A stretch of 34,001 nt of DNA from an uncultured euryarchaeote (GTDB lineage Archaea; Thermoplasmatota; Poseidoniia; Poseidoniales; Poseidoniaceae): contig CAXAHZ010000001.1 of assembly GCA_963968875.1 (NCBI GenBank), positions 1-34,001 of the forward strand, written 5' to 3'. The stretch's first letter is position 1, and every line of letters begins with the position of its first letter. Below the pieces are notes generated by a model. That model searched no databases. It saw only the letters and a list, made by a program, of their open reading frames with translations, and was not told where the DNA came from. A program made the position numbers and the translations under genes. Positions 23,528-32,333 of this stretch are shown here, piece by piece.

Positions 23528-24136
23528 ATGGCCATGTGGTGTACCATACGTACCTTCGCTAAACACGCACTTGAACTCGGAAACCAACCTTTGGTGGAAC
23601 CCATATTTTTCATCAAGCCCGACCAGTGCCTTCACCAATCGGGACCCTTGCCCGTCAGTGCCCATCCCGGGGAAATGCATCATGAGGTAGAATGCGTGGT
23701 TAAGATTGGACCCAATGCGCAACCAGTAGCCATTGCTGTAGGCTTGGACCTTACCGACCGGCCTGCACAGAGTCGACTGCGAAGCGAACAACTTCCATGG
23801 GCAAAAGGCAAATGTTTCCGTTCCAGCGCTGTTATCGGCGAATGGCATGATTGGTCGTCAAATTGGGATTCGTTGAACGATGAAGGTTCAGCGCTAAGAT
23901 TAGAACTGGTGGTGAACGAAGAACTGCGTCAGTCTGCATTTTTGACTGAAATGTCCGTGCCGATTCATCATCAATTCAATTCTCTGTCTGAGTGGGCACC
24001 CGTTCAAGAGGGTGATTTATTGTTCACGGGAACTCCGTCTGGAGTAGCGCAATTGGTAGTGGGAGACTCTCTTATTGCTCGCCTCATCGGTCCGCAGGAC
24101 ATTGTTCTCTCCGAAATTGAGATGCGGTGTGACTGA
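23528..24136 (+). CDS. Fumarylacetoacetate hydrolase (FAH) family protein
   Basis: CTIRTFAKHALELGNQPLVEPIFFIKP, HHEVECVVKIG, DLTDR, AKGKCF and GDLLFTGTPSGV are the usual short-FAH (YcgM-like) landmarks. ATG at 23528 is used; the GTG at 23504 is also possible. Confidence 0.75.
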   Translation: MAMWCTIRTFAKHALELGNQPLVEPIFFIKPDQCLHQSGPLPVSAHPGEMHHEVECVVKIGPNAQPVAIAVGLDLTDRPAQSRLRSEQLPWAKGKCFRSSAVIGEWHDWSSNWDSLNDEGSALRLELVVNEELRQSAFLTEMSVPIHHQFNSLSEWAPVQEGDLLFTGTPSGVAQLVVGDSLIARLIGPQDIVLSEIEMRCD

Positions 24137-24143
24137 GGGTTGC

Positions 24144-24153
24144 TTTCATATAG
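24144..24153 (+). promoter_or_regulatory. TATA-like promoter element TTTCATATAG upstream of rps8e
   Basis: It starts 46 nt upstream of the ATG at 24190. The identical 10-mer occurs at the equivalent distance upstream of the EF-1alpha gene. AGGAGGT Shine-Dalgarno at 24176-24182. Confidence 0.45.
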
Positions 24154-24189
24154 CCTGTGCAGGTCGGCAATCACGCAGGAGGTATCTTA

Positions 24190-24570
24190 ATGGCTCAATG
24201 GCATGGAATTTCACGACGCAAACCGTCCGGCGGACGGAAAGTACAAGCTCGCGGTAAGCGCTCAACAGAAATCTCTACCGAGAAGCAATTTGCACTCGTT
24301 GGAGAACCTAAGCGAAAGGTTTACCGAAAGACTGGAGGAAACTCCATGGTTCGTGTCATGGCTGCAAACCAAGTCAGCATCAGCGATTCAAAGACTGGAA
24401 AGACCACTCTCGGATCCATTCACAGTGTTATTGAAAACGCTTCTGACCCTAACTACGTTCGTCGTAACATCTTGGTCAAGGGAGCAGTTATTGAGACCGA
24501 TAAAGGCCGAGTCAAGATTACATCCCGCCCTGGAAAGGATGGCGTAATCAACGGCGTTCTTATCGAGTGA
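24190..24570 (+). CDS. rps8e: 30S ribosomal protein S8e (eS8)
   Basis: MAQWHGISRRKPSGGRK...KTGGN...NYVRRNILVKGAVIETDKGRVKITSRPGKDGVINGVLIE is the typical archaeal S8e sequence. Strong SD upstream. Confidence 0.9.
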   Translation: MAQWHGISRRKPSGGRKVQARGKRSTEISTEKQFALVGEPKRKVYRKTGGNSMVRVMAANQVSISDSKTGKTTLGSIHSVIENASDPNYVRRNILVKGAVIETDKGRVKITSRPGKDGVINGVLIE

Positions 24571-24624
24571 TACCACCGACGGCCTCAAATCCACCGGGGC
24601 CCAACCCCTACATGAGGCGAGAAG

Positions 24625-25071
24625 ATGGACCACAACCCCGACCGATTGTGCGTTTGGCCCGGTTACTTTGACATGAAAGCCTCTCGACGCAACGGTCGCC
24701 GAGTTCCAAAAGACTCTTCCGTCCTCAAACCTAACTTGGAAGGCTTGTTCACGGCAGCTCGTCAAGTAGGGCTCAAGAAGATCAAGCGTGAAGAGCACAC
24801 TTCGCACCCTAGTCGCCCACACGGCAAGGAAGGTCGCCTATGGGTTTCCGCTTCAGGTGCAAAGGCATCAATAGGTGCAGGTTCAAAGGAAGAATTGTTG
24901 CAACTTATTGGTGGTCAATGGCGCCAAATACAACGAGAACAACGCAATCAGGCTGAAAAACAGGCAACTCAAGGTCCTCAAACTGGAGATAGGCGAGCGC
25001 GCTCTCAACGAAAAGGCCCCACGCAAAAGCAGTCGGGCGGTTTCAAGAAGCGTTCTAAATTCAAAAAATAA
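24625..25071 (+). CDS. srp19: Signal recognition particle protein SRP19 with a ~55-aa basic C-terminal extension
   Basis: VWPGYFDMKASRRNGRRVPK... is the SRP19 N-terminal signature. The protein is 148 aa, with a K/R/Q-rich tail ending GGFKKRSKFKK. Confidence 0.8.
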   Translation: MDHNPDRLCVWPGYFDMKASRRNGRRVPKDSSVLKPNLEGLFTAARQVGLKKIKREEHTSHPSRPHGKEGRLWVSASGAKASIGAGSKEELLQLIGGQWRQIQREQRNQAEKQATQGPQTGDRRARSQRKGPTQKQSGGFKKRSKFKK

Positions 25072-25131
25072 TCCTTCGAACGACTCTCTTGGTAAACATG
25101 GATTGATAACCTAAAGGGTGGAAAAACTAAC

Positions 25132-25641
25132 ATGCGCAAAATATGTTCAGCTTTGCTTGCTCTTCTTCTATGTTCATTTTTGCTTCAAGGCGACCTTACT
25201 CCTGCGGCCCAAGAAGAAGAGGCAGAGGATATCATCATTACCGTGGACAGTACGAATCTCCGTTTTTCACCCTCCTCAGTAACCGTAACTGAAGGAGATA
25301 CGGTCCGCTTTTTTTGGAGCGGTCAAGCACTACCGCACAACGCCGTTGAAGCAAATGAAGTCTTTGATTCGGGCGAGCCTCAGCGTGAGGTAGATTACTC
25401 ATTCACTTTTGAAATCGGCATGAACGGTACCTACGATTTCGTTTGTGAACCACATGCAGCTTTTGGAATGGTCGGTCAAATCATCGTCGAGCCAGCTCCA
25501 CCCGTTGTTGAAAACAATTCCACGAATGAAACAAACCTCAACGTTTCAACCATGGGCGAGGACACACTCCCCTCGCTATCAATCGGTCTAACTCTCTGTG
25601 CAGTTGGGGCCAGCTCAATCGCCTTTAGGCGAAATCATTGA
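25132..25641 (+). CDS. Halocyanin/plastocyanin-like type-1 blue copper protein, exported and C-terminally anchored
   Basis: Signal peptide ALLALLLCSFLL. Cu ligands His (ALPHNAV) and C-x2-H-x4-M (CEPHAAFGM). C-terminal LPSLSIGLTLCAVGASSIAFRRNH. Confidence 0.85.
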   Translation: MRKICSALLALLLCSFLLQGDLTPAAQEEEAEDIIITVDSTNLRFSPSSVTVTEGDTVRFFWSGQALPHNAVEANEVFDSGEPQREVDYSFTFEIGMNGTYDFVCEPHAAFGMVGQIIVEPAPPVVENNSTNETNLNVSTMGEDTLPSLSIGLTLCAVGASSIAFRRNH

Positions 25642-26654
25642 GGCAACTCGTGAAGCCATCCGAAGAGATCCTCAGTCGTTTCGTTTTGAATGCCAGTGAG
25701 CGCATCGTAGAGTTCGGTGGTGACTTTTCCAGGTGAGCCGTCTCCATAGGTTTTCTTTGAATCACCGTGAGTGATGCTGCCAATCGGGGAAATAACCGCT
25801 GCGGTTCCACAACAAAAAGCCTCATCAGAATTCATTGCAAATTCTGCAGTGACGCTTGTTTCATGAACCTTATATCCGAAATGGCGTGCAAGTTGTATGA
25901 TTGAATCACGAGTGATCCCAGGGAGAATTGTTCCGGTCAGTTCAGGAGTGAATAATTCACCGTCTTTTAGACAGAAGAAATTCGCAGCTCCGACCTCCTC
26001 GATACAGGTATGTGTTTCAGCATCAAGGTAAATGACCTCAGCGTATCCTTTGGCTTTGGCTTCCCTACTTGGTTTCATTCCTGGCGCATAATTTCCGATG
26101 GCTTTGACTCCACCTGAACCACCTGGTGCTGCTCGGTGATGGCGTTCAGAAATCACGAGGTCAATCGCATTCATTCCGCCTTTGAAGTAAGGTCCGACGG
26201 GGGTAACATAAATCAAAAATGTGTAGGATGGTGCTGGAGCCACTCCCAAAATAGGTCCACTGCCCATGAGCAGTGGGCGAACGTACATGGCTCCTTTGCC
26301 GGTGGGGGGAACCCACTTGATGTTAGCAGCAACCACTTGCTCAACAGCGTCAACAAAAACAGATTCTGGGACTGGAGGCATCTTGAGGCGGTCTGCTCCT
26401 CGTTGCATCCGCCGTGCATTTTCTTCGGGTCTGAAAAACACAACTCGGTTTTTTGATGTTCGGAATGCTTTCATTCCCTCGAACAACCCTTGACCGTAGT
26501 TGAGTACACCAGCTGCTGGAGACATTGGAATGTCACCATAGGGTTGTAAACGACCTGGCATCCAAGGTTCGTCACCTTCAGTGTGGGTAATGTACATCGT
26601 TTCAGTGGGAGTGAGAGAAAACGTGAGGCTATCCCAATCAAATGATTCATCCAT
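25635..26654 (-). CDS. ilvE: Branched-chain amino acid aminotransferase (fold-type IV PLP enzyme)
   Basis: GVLNYGQGLFEGMKAF (catalytic Lys region), YVRPL, GGVKAIGNYA, EVGAANFF and GITR motifs. ATG at 26654 is preceded by GAGGGA; the track start at 26690 is also ATG. The stop overlaps the halocyanin stop by 7 nt (convergent). Confidence 0.85.
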   Translation of the reverse strand: MDESFDWDSLTFSLTPTETMYITHTEGDEPWMPGRLQPYGDIPMSPAAGVLNYGQGLFEGMKAFRTSKNRVVFFRPEENARRMQRGADRLKMPPVPESVFVDAVEQVVAANIKWVPPTGKGAMYVRPLLMGSGPILGVAPAPSYTFLIYVTPVGPYFKGGMNAIDLVISERHHRAAPGGSGGVKAIGNYAPGMKPSREAKAKGYAEVIYLDAETHTCIEEVGAANFFCLKDGELFTPELTGTILPGITRDSIIQLARHFGYKVHETSVTAEFAMNSDEAFCCGTAAVISPIGSITHGDSKKTYGDGSPGKVTTELYDALTGIQNETTEDLFGWLHELPQ

Positions 26655-26811
26655 AATCTTCCCTCGCAGATAATCTAAGCGATACACCATGGGCTTTCAA
26701 GCATTCCTCTTGCTATGTTTGACTTCAAATGTAGGATAGACTTTCCTTCCGTTCTATGTCACGGATGGGTTCTAATGGGGTCGGCGAGTAAGACCCGTGC
26801 GGGGCAACGTC

Positions 26812-29496
26812 ATGGAAGGCAGAATGGGCGTGGTGTCAGGTCGTTACCGGGCCCATAAACATCCCCAATCCTCAGGCCAATCGCCTCAAACCGTATTGGA
26901 ATTATTTGGTCGGATGGACGATGGCAGGTCCATCTGTCTCCTTGCTCAAGGCCAGCGGCCCACTTTCGAAGTTGCTCCAATTGGCTCATGGGATACGGAT
27001 GAAGAGATACCACCTTTTTTGGCAGATAGAATCGCTAAAGTTGGAAAAATGGAGCACGTTTTGAGTGTTGATGGCCCTGTCATCAAATGGACGGAATTGG
27101 GAGACCGTCCGGTATGGACGGTTGAAGTTGAGCAACCTTTCCACGTGCCTTCTTTGAGGAAACAACTCCAATCGCAATCTTGGAGGGTATTTTCGGGTGA
27201 CATCCCGTTTGTTAATCGTCTTTTTCTTGACGGAGATTTAGGGGTTCACATCAAATTCAACGGTGAATGTATTGACGTTCGCGAGGGTGACGAAGGGGCC
27301 CTCAATCAAGTGCTTGATGCAGGAGGAGCGGGTCGCTATCCAGTAGATATCACCGTTACATGTGATGTGAATGATCTTCGTGCTTCAGAGCCATTCCAAA
27401 TTCCGTTCCGGCTGTTTTCGTTTGATTTGGAAACAAGTATTGAGCATGAAACAGTCTTGTGTGCTGCCGCATGGATTGAGGATATGGCAACTGGGAAGCG
27501 GGAATCATTCTCTTATGAGGGCGATGAAGCTTCAATTCTTCGTTCTCTAACCGAGGTTGTTCGGAAGCATGATCCCGATATTATTACCGGCTACAACATT
27601 GACAATTTTGACCTTCCAAGGCTTGCAGACCGCACTGCTGCATTGACTCGGAAAAAGGACTGGGCCTCGCAATCCGAACTTTTGGGCTGGGGCCGCACAC
27701 CGATTCTTGAATCGGAAATGAAGCGCAATCGTGACGCACTCGTGCCTAAACGGCAAACAAATCGTGCTTGGAATCTCGCAGGTCGTGCGGTTATGGATGC
27801 GTGGTGGCAGGCTCGTCAAGCCCTAAAGCCTCGTAGAGAAACCCTCTCTTTCGTTGCAACATTGCTGTTTCCAGACGATGGGGAAAAGCACAAAATGGAC
27901 GTTGATGCTTCAAACATGGACCATGAATGGGCGACACGCCCTGCAGAGGTCATGGAATATTGTATTCGGGACGCTGCCCTACCCCTTGACATTCTCCAAG
28001 CGATTCAAGCTGTTCGTAGAAAAGAAGCGGTTGCTTCGGTTGCAAAGGTTGTTTTTGAAACAGCAGCAAACGGCAGTACCAGTCAACTGATTGATTCGTT
28101 GGTCATACGTTTGGCGGACTCGAAGGGTGTAGCAGTTCCACTCACAGGTTCCGCTGAGGCGAAAGAAGGTCAAATTACAGGCGGATACGTCCACGATGTA
28201 GAGGCAGGCCTCCATCCTTGGATTGCTGTGCTTGACTTCAAGAGCATGTATCCATCGATAATGATTGGACACAACGTCTGTTACACGACCCGAGTTGACC
28301 CCGGCCAACCCGAGCAACCACGAGAAGGCGAGGAAGTTCATATTTCTCCAACTGAAGCAGTGTTTCGCCATCAATCGTCCCGTAAGGGATTGGTTCCTGA
28401 ACTCTTGGAAATGTTGATGGCAAAGCGGGACCAACACAAGGCAGCATTGAAGTCTTCAAAATCAGATGGGGACCAAGCCTCAATGGAGTTTCACGACGCT
28501 ATGCAATACGCTGTAAAAATCCTCATGAATTCGTTTTATGGGGTTTTTGCAAGTGGATTTTACCGCTTCACCCATCGGGATCTTGGCTCATCCATCACCG
28601 CTTGGGCTCGCAAAAACATCAAGACAATCATTGCCGCACTTGAGGAGGAGGGCCACGGGGTTGTGTATTCGGATACGGACTCAATCTTCGTTCGTAGTCC
28701 TGCCGGAAAAGATGCTCCCAGTTACTTGTCGGAGGACGACCTTCTAGGAATTGAAAAAGGACATAAAGAAGCCATCGCAAAGCAAGAACACTATCAATTT
28801 GCTTTGGACGGAATGGTATCCTTTGGTCTAGAGGTTGCAGAACGGTTTAGCAAAGCATCAGCGGTGCTCGAATTTGAAAAGGGACTTTCGGTGTTTTTCA
28901 GCCATGGAGCAAAAAAGCGATACATCGGGCAAGTCGTTTGGCCCACTCAAGAGATGTTGGTCCGAGGCTATGAAACACAACGAACCGATTCGTTCGCCTA
29001 CCTTACAGCAACCATGAAGGAAATTTTTTCATATGCTCTTGCTGACCAGGGTGATGCTTTAGTGGAATATGCTTTGAAACGGGTTCAAGCCTTGAAAAAT
29101 AAAGAGGTCGACGCACAGGAATTGATCCTTGCAAAATCCTGTAAGGGTAAAATTGTACGAACTCCCGTCAAAGAGGTTGGAGATGTTGATTTTACCAAGG
29201 ATTATTCCAACCCCGACAGTATGGCTCAGGTTAGGGTTGCCCGACAACGAATCGAAAGTGGATTGGGCTTCACTTCTGGAATGAAGGTGTCCTATGTTGT
29301 GGTCAATGCTACACATCGCCCCATGACCGTTGTGCCTTGGTTTGAGGCGGAGGAAAATGGAGGCGTTTCGGGATACGACGGACAATTTTACGCCGAACGA
29401 TTGGCAACTGCAGTAGGTAGAATCACAGAAGTATTTGGTTGGAAAGCAAAAGACCTCTATGCAGGAAACCGCCAAGCCACGCTTTTTTCCTTTTAG
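26812..29496 (+). CDS. polB: Family B DNA polymerase (PolB), exonuclease and polymerase motifs intact, no intein
   Basis: Exo I FSFDLET, Exo II GYNIDNFDLP, Exo III YCIRDAALP, Pol A LDFKSMYPSIM, Pol B KILMNSFYGVF, Pol C VVYSDTDSIFV. First ATG at 26812; the track start at 26797 is GTG. Confidence 0.9.
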   Translation: MEGRMGVVSGRYRAHKHPQSSGQSPQTVLELFGRMDDGRSICLLAQGQRPTFEVAPIGSWDTDEEIPPFLADRIAKVGKMEHVLSVDGPVIKWTELGDRPVWTVEVEQPFHVPSLRKQLQSQSWRVFSGDIPFVNRLFLDGDLGVHIKFNGECIDVREGDEGALNQVLDAGGAGRYPVDITVTCDVNDLRASEPFQIPFRLFSFDLETSIEHETVLCAAAWIEDMATGKRESFSYEGDEASILRSLTEVVRKHDPDIITGYNIDNFDLPRLADRTAALTRKKDWASQSELLGWGRTPILESEMKRNRDALVPKRQTNRAWNLAGRAVMDAWWQARQALKPRRETLSFVATLLFPDDGEKHKMDVDASNMDHEWATRPAEVMEYCIRDAALPLDILQAIQAVRRKEAVASVAKVVFETAANGSTSQLIDSLVIRLADSKGVAVPLTGSAEAKEGQITGGYVHDVEAGLHPWIAVLDFKSMYPSIMIGHNVCYTTRVDPGQPEQPREGEEVHISPTEAVFRHQSSRKGLVPELLEMLMAKRDQHKAALKSSKSDGDQASMEFHDAMQYAVKILMNSFYGVFASGFYRFTHRDLGSSITAWARKNIKTIIAALEEEGHGVVYSDTDSIFVRSPAGKDAPSYLSEDDLLGIEKGHKEAIAKQEHYQFALDGMVSFGLEVAERFSKASAVLEFEKGLSVFFSHGAKKRYIGQVVWPTQEMLVRGYETQRTDSFAYLTATMKEIFSYALADQGDALVEYALKRVQALKNKEVDAQELILAKSCKGKIVRTPVKEVGDVDFTKDYSNPDSMAQVRVARQRIESGLGFTSGMKVSYVVVNATHRPMTVVPWFEAEENGGVSGYDGQFYAERLATAVGRITEVFGWKAKDLYAGNRQATLFSF

Positions 29497-29509
29497 AGCC
29501 GGTCATCTC

Positions 29510-30751
29510 ATGGAAGCCCTTTTGATGAACGGGCCACCACGAGTTCTCATGGGAAGGATGTTCAAGCCACTCTTACTCTCGATGTTGATGTTGTGCGCTG
29601 CATTGTCCGGGTGTATCTTTGAAAACGAAGGTTCCTCATCAAACGACGAGGTGTTGGCCGTGTTCACTGTTTCTAAAACGTCAAACGTAAAAGTTGGAGA
29701 TACACTCACCTTTGATGGGGGAAGTTCTACTCCAAGCGATGGTTCGCTCACGTACAGATGGAACTTTGACAAGGTGGGCAGCAGCGATATTGATGCGACA
29801 GGGCGTACTGCAACGTACTCATACAGCGCTCCCGGCTCTTACGATGTTTCTCTGGAGGTATCGGACGGGACAAAAACATCTGAACAAGTCCGTACGGTTA
29901 CAGTCGCTGAGGCCGGGGCGGTTGAACCCGATGCAAACATAGAGCAATACGACGATTCTGAGGATTGTGAAAACAACGAGATAGATGAAGATCAAGACAT
30001 TGTGCTTTGGATTTGTGAGCGAGAAAAAGCCAACACGGACCGTTCGGTCACCGAGACAGCAATCGTTTCTCTCGATGCCTCTTCATCTGATTCAGGGGAT
30101 TCTTCGCAATACATCACCGATTGGTACTGGGACTTGGACCTTGATGAAGACAAAGATAACGATGGCGACAGCGAAAACGACGACGACCTATCAGGTGAGT
30201 CTGTGGAATGGAAAAATGTTGCACCAGGAGAATACGAAGTCGGTTTGACCGTCGTTAACAACGTCGGTATGACGGACGCCACGACCATTGATGTCTACGT
30301 GAATTATGCAGGCTACTGGAAGGATTTTGAAATCGGCGGAAATACATCAAATAACGGCCAGCCCGTTGAGATTGATTTTGATGTCTCTATCGTCTTTGAC
30401 AAAGAGAGCGGCAATACCATTCGCAAAGTTGTTTCAGAACTTGAATATCCCAAAACTGATGACGATTGGGTGGTTGGCGAAGGGCGAAACAAAGTTGAAA
30501 TTTTCTCCTACAATGAGGGCAATGAAGAGGCCAGCAACACATCCTCAACGGACGAAGACTCAAGAGACGATGGAGATTGTGATAGCGAGCAAGACTGTAT
30601 CCATCTCACCATCAATTCCTACTTTTTCAACGATGGAGATGGAGATGACGGCCCGCCATACGGAGACGGTGATTGGACATTGAGTGTTCATAACGCTAAA
30701 TCCAATGATGTTCAAATAGAACAATTTGTCATTCGTCTATTTTACAAGTGA
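29510..30751 (+). CDS. Exported lipoprotein with two PKD-like domains and a poly-acidic insert
   Basis: Lipobox ALSGC after LLLSMLMLCA. The likely true start is M at 29549 or 29558. PKD-like LTFDGGSSTPSDGSLTYRWNFD...YSYSAPGSYDVSLEVSDG, plus a second copy WYWDLD...EYEVGLTVVNNVG interrupted by DEDKDNDGDSENDDD. The track start at 29435 overlaps polB. Confidence 0.75.
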   Translation: MEALLMNGPPRVLMGRMFKPLLLSMLMLCAALSGCIFENEGSSSNDEVLAVFTVSKTSNVKVGDTLTFDGGSSTPSDGSLTYRWNFDKVGSSDIDATGRTATYSYSAPGSYDVSLEVSDGTKTSEQVRTVTVAEAGAVEPDANIEQYDDSEDCENNEIDEDQDIVLWICEREKANTDRSVTETAIVSLDASSSDSGDSSQYITDWYWDLDLDEDKDNDGDSENDDDLSGESVEWKNVAPGEYEVGLTVVNNVGMTDATTIDVYVNYAGYWKDFEIGGNTSNNGQPVEIDFDVSIVFDKESGNTIRKVVSELEYPKTDDDWVVGEGRNKVEIFSYNEGNEEASNTSSTDEDSRDDGDCDSEQDCIHLTINSYFFNDGDGDDGPPYGDGDWTLSVHNAKSNDVQIEQFVIRLFYK

Positions 30752-30773
30752 GAATTCAAACGAGTTGTTATCC

Positions 30774-32225
30774 ATGCGCCGCACACGAATCATAGCTACC
30801 ATCGGTCCTGCCAGCGAAGAACGAACCCTTCTAACTCAGCTTTTAGAATCAGGCGTTGATGTATGCCGTCTCAATTATTCTCACGGTGAGCCTGAAACCA
30901 AAACTGAACTCTATCAACGGATTCGTTCAATTGAGGACGACATTGGCCGCCCTACCTGTATTCTAGCAGATTTACCCGGTCCAAAACTGCGCTTAGGCTC
31001 GTTCCCCGGCGTGGTTATGTTGAAGCCGGGCTCAACCGTTGAGTTGGTATGCGGTTTGAACGAAATGGAATCCACCGATGGAAGTTCTCTACCCGTTCAG
31101 TACGGTGGACTTTCGGCAGAACTCAAGCCCAACGACCCGATTTTGGTTGCTGATGGCCTAATCCGGATGGTTGTCGTCCAAACACCAGGAACGCCCAACT
31201 CAACGGTAACATGCCGAGTAGAAGATGGCGGACCGGTAAGCAGCCGTAAGGGAGTCAACGTCCCGGGGACCTTGGTCGAACTTCCTGCCATAGGTCCAAA
31301 AGACGAGAGAGCAATGGCACATGCTCTCGAGCAAGGTGCAGACTACATTGCCGTGAGTTACGTGAGGACCGCAGAGGACTTGCTTCCTGCCAAGGCTGCT
31401 GTAAAAGCGGCATCAATGCATGTCCCCATCGTTGCAAAAATAGAACATCCTGCTGCGTTGAAGAATCTTGACTCAATCCTTGATGTGGCGGATGCCGTTA
31501 TGGTCGCAAGAGGTGACTTAGGTGTTGAGATTCCCCTCGAAGACGTGCCAATGGCACAGCAACGAATCATTGACAAAGCCCTCGAACGAGGTATGCCTGT
31601 CATCGTTGCTACTCAGATGTTGGAGTCAATGACTCTTCAGCCCCGTCCAACACGAGCCGAGGTCAGCGATGTATCTACAGCGATACGTCATGGTGCAACT
31701 GGAGTTATGTTGTCGGGAGAAACTGCATCGGGACAATACCCGCTTGAAACCGTAAAAACCATGGCTAAAATTGCATATGCGACCGAACAAGGCCTCGGTT
31801 CTCACGATCAACGGCCAAATGCTCTTGCCCGATTCCGCTCAACGAGAGCAGTTGCACATGCAGGAGTTGAACTTGCAAAGGAAGCAGGAGCAACTCGTAT
31901 TGTCGTCGCAACAGAGCACGGTAACGCACCGAGGTTGGTATCCGGGTATCGCCCCGACATCCCGGTTACCGCTGTGAGTGACCGACTACGCGCTTTGCGC
32001 CGAACCCGCCTCTTGCCAGGCGTTGATTCTGTCCTCGCAAAGGAACATGAACGGGGTTCTCAAACCATGATAGAGGCCGTTCGCTTGTTGGTGGTACAAG
32101 GTCGAATTGGGCCCGGTGAGCGTGTTGTTAGTATTTCTGGAAGCCCACTTGCCATGCGTGGAGCCACGAGTACACTCCGATTATATCGCATCGATGACAA
32201 CGGCGAAATTCTTGGTTCAGAGTGA
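30774..32225 (+). CDS. pyk: Pyruvate kinase
   Basis: MRRTRIIATIGPAS, RLNYSHG, KIEHPAAL, MVARGDLGVEIP and MLSGETA motifs. ATG at 30774. Confidence 0.9.
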   Translation: MRRTRIIATIGPASEERTLLTQLLESGVDVCRLNYSHGEPETKTELYQRIRSIEDDIGRPTCILADLPGPKLRLGSFPGVVMLKPGSTVELVCGLNEMESTDGSSLPVQYGGLSAELKPNDPILVADGLIRMVVVQTPGTPNSTVTCRVEDGGPVSSRKGVNVPGTLVELPAIGPKDERAMAHALEQGADYIAVSYVRTAEDLLPAKAAVKAASMHVPIVAKIEHPAALKNLDSILDVADAVMVARGDLGVEIPLEDVPMAQQRIIDKALERGMPVIVATQMLESMTLQPRPTRAEVSDVSTAIRHGATGVMLSGETASGQYPLETVKTMAKIAYATEQGLGSHDQRPNALARFRSTRAVAHAGVELAKEAGATRIVVATEHGNAPRLVSGYRPDIPVTAVSDRLRALRRTRLLPGVDSVLAKEHERGSQTMIEAVRLLVVQGRIGPGERVVSISGSPLAMRGATSTLRLYRIDDNGEILGSE

Positions 32226-32237
32226 CACAGGATTGCG

Positions 32238-32242
32238 TTTTT
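32238..32242 (+). terminator. Oligo-T tract (T5) 13 nt after the pyk stop; candidate archaeal terminator
   Basis: gcgTTTTTgg read directly. A further 7-bp hairpin (ATGAAAA..TTTTCAT, 32263-32291) follows. Confidence 0.3.
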
Positions 32243-32285
32243 GGACATATAGGTGCCAAATAATGAAAATCATACGCGTCGCGGT

Positions 32286-32295
32286 TTTCATATAG
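32286..32295 (+). promoter_or_regulatory. TATA-like promoter element TTTCATATAG upstream of the EF-1alpha/S10 operon
   Basis: Identical 10-mer to 24144-24153. It starts 48 nt upstream of the ATG at 32334. AGGAG Shine-Dalgarno at 32321-32325. A related ACATATAGG lies at 32245-32253. Confidence 0.45.
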
Positions 32296-32333
32296 GGGTT
32301 GCTTTTCGGAAGGCTTGCTAAGGAGCGATTACC

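Noticed and set aside
23452-23616. N-terminal extension of the PUA ORF (track start 23616), and the mirror-image extension of the FAH ORF (23261-23527)
   Set aside because: The two extensions overlap each other on opposite strands and translate to low-complexity, non-homologous sequence. The internal ATGs at 23451 and 23528 give proteins of canonical length with a 76-nt divergent spacer.
24388-24822. 144-aa minus-strand ORF spanning rps8e and srp19
   Set aside because: It is antisense to two confidently identified conserved genes and has no motif.
26812-29496. Possible intein or split in the 895-aa PolB
   Set aside because: Exo I-III and Pol A-C motifs are contiguous with normal spacing, and no intein block sequences (for example a C/S-start ... 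HN-C/S/T junction insert) were seen.
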